A stretch of DNA of 34,810 nt from Catajapyx aquilonaris. Lineage: Eukaryota. A program made the position numbers and the translations under genes. Location of the stretch: NCBI GenBank assembly GCA_000934665.2, contig JYFJ02004356.1, forward strand, positions 1 to 34,810, given 5' to 3'. Shown in pieces: positions 34,101 to 34,810 of this stretch; positions within the stretch are counted from its first letter, which is position 1; each line of letters starts with the position of its first letter. A model generated the notes under the pieces. It was not told the DNA's origin and did not search any database. It was given only the letters and a program-made list of their open reading frames with translations.

Positions 34101-34810
34101 CGCAAAAAAAAAGGTGGAGGGAGCTGTGCAAAATAAAATGGCGCGAAAATATCAATACAACTTTTTTATATATAGTCAAATGCAGGGGGCTGAGTGCTGA
34201 AAATTCTCATCATTCAGGTGTGCGCCAGGCAATGTCGTCATGCTCGTCAAGCCGACATTGTCGAGAGAAGAGGTGTGAAAATGCGGAGCGTTTTATATGG
34301 CGGAGGAAAGATTAAAGAGAGAGCTGCGCACAAAAAGATGGCGAACGGGAGACATAAATAAAAGCTGTGAAGTCACTCTCTACGAGTCGACTTTACCCTA
34401 ATGAATATGTATCAAAGGCGGATGAAAAGTCGCGAAATATTAGCATCTGATGTGATGTGTCGCCTCCCGGAAAAAAAAAAGTTTGTCATTCATTGTTGAC
34501 AACAACAAATTTTTCTATAGCAACAGCAACAAAATCTTGGGTGTGAGAAAAAGTGCAATATAATTAAGCAATCACATGATAAACACCTCTGGAAAATTAA
34601 ACATTTATTGAGTAATAATTTGAGCGCTAACAAGCTGCTCATTATTGCAGCGACACAATGGTTGACATCAATTTCTTACGCACGAGGGAAATTAGGTGCC
34701 ACGATTGTGTGTCAATCGCATGGACACACGTCACTCCGCGTAATAATTAATAATTGGCACATTATGAGCTGAGTAACGCCTAAACAATCTCGTAATGTCT
34801 GCACCTAGAC

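Noticed and set aside
1..34810. CRISPR arrays, rRNA, operons or prokaryotic defence systems
   Set aside because: No repeat-spacer periodicity or gene-dense coding structure. The sequence is intron-rich and eukaryotic.

Overview
Eukaryotic genomic DNA, probably from an arthropod (inferred from degenerate TTAGG repeats and the gene family found). Most of the window is non-coding, with many homopolymer runs and a few N bases in poly-G/C tracts; almost all six-frame ORFs are noise. One spliced protein-coding gene can be rebuilt by hand on the + strand from exons 12711-12838, 12933-12990 and 22003-22127, joined by GT-AG introns of 94 bp and 9012 bp in compatible phases. The product is ...APSTAMKCYQCGLYVEGGSVTPCMDMSKESMKDCSVGNNYCVKYVVKGGEVRQCSKECEPKSTGALSVYCCQEPDGCNGGWTPSASRSLLVVTALLSLRRFF*, a complete 10-cysteine Ly6/uPAR (three-finger, Quiver/Sleepless-like) domain with a GPI-type hydrophobic tail. 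Its signal-peptide exon was not located. The rest is rich in transposon debris: a 457-bp TIR element with a 9-bp TSD, fold-back and CAGGGTG-ended MITEs, a TIR-bounded element filled with telomere-like TTAGG/CCTAA repeats, two perfect hairpins (one just upstream of the last splice acceptor), and heavily decayed Tc1/mariner, hAT and LINE coding remnants. No rRNA, tRNA, CRISPR or prokaryotic system is supported. I found no clearly new multi-gene system.
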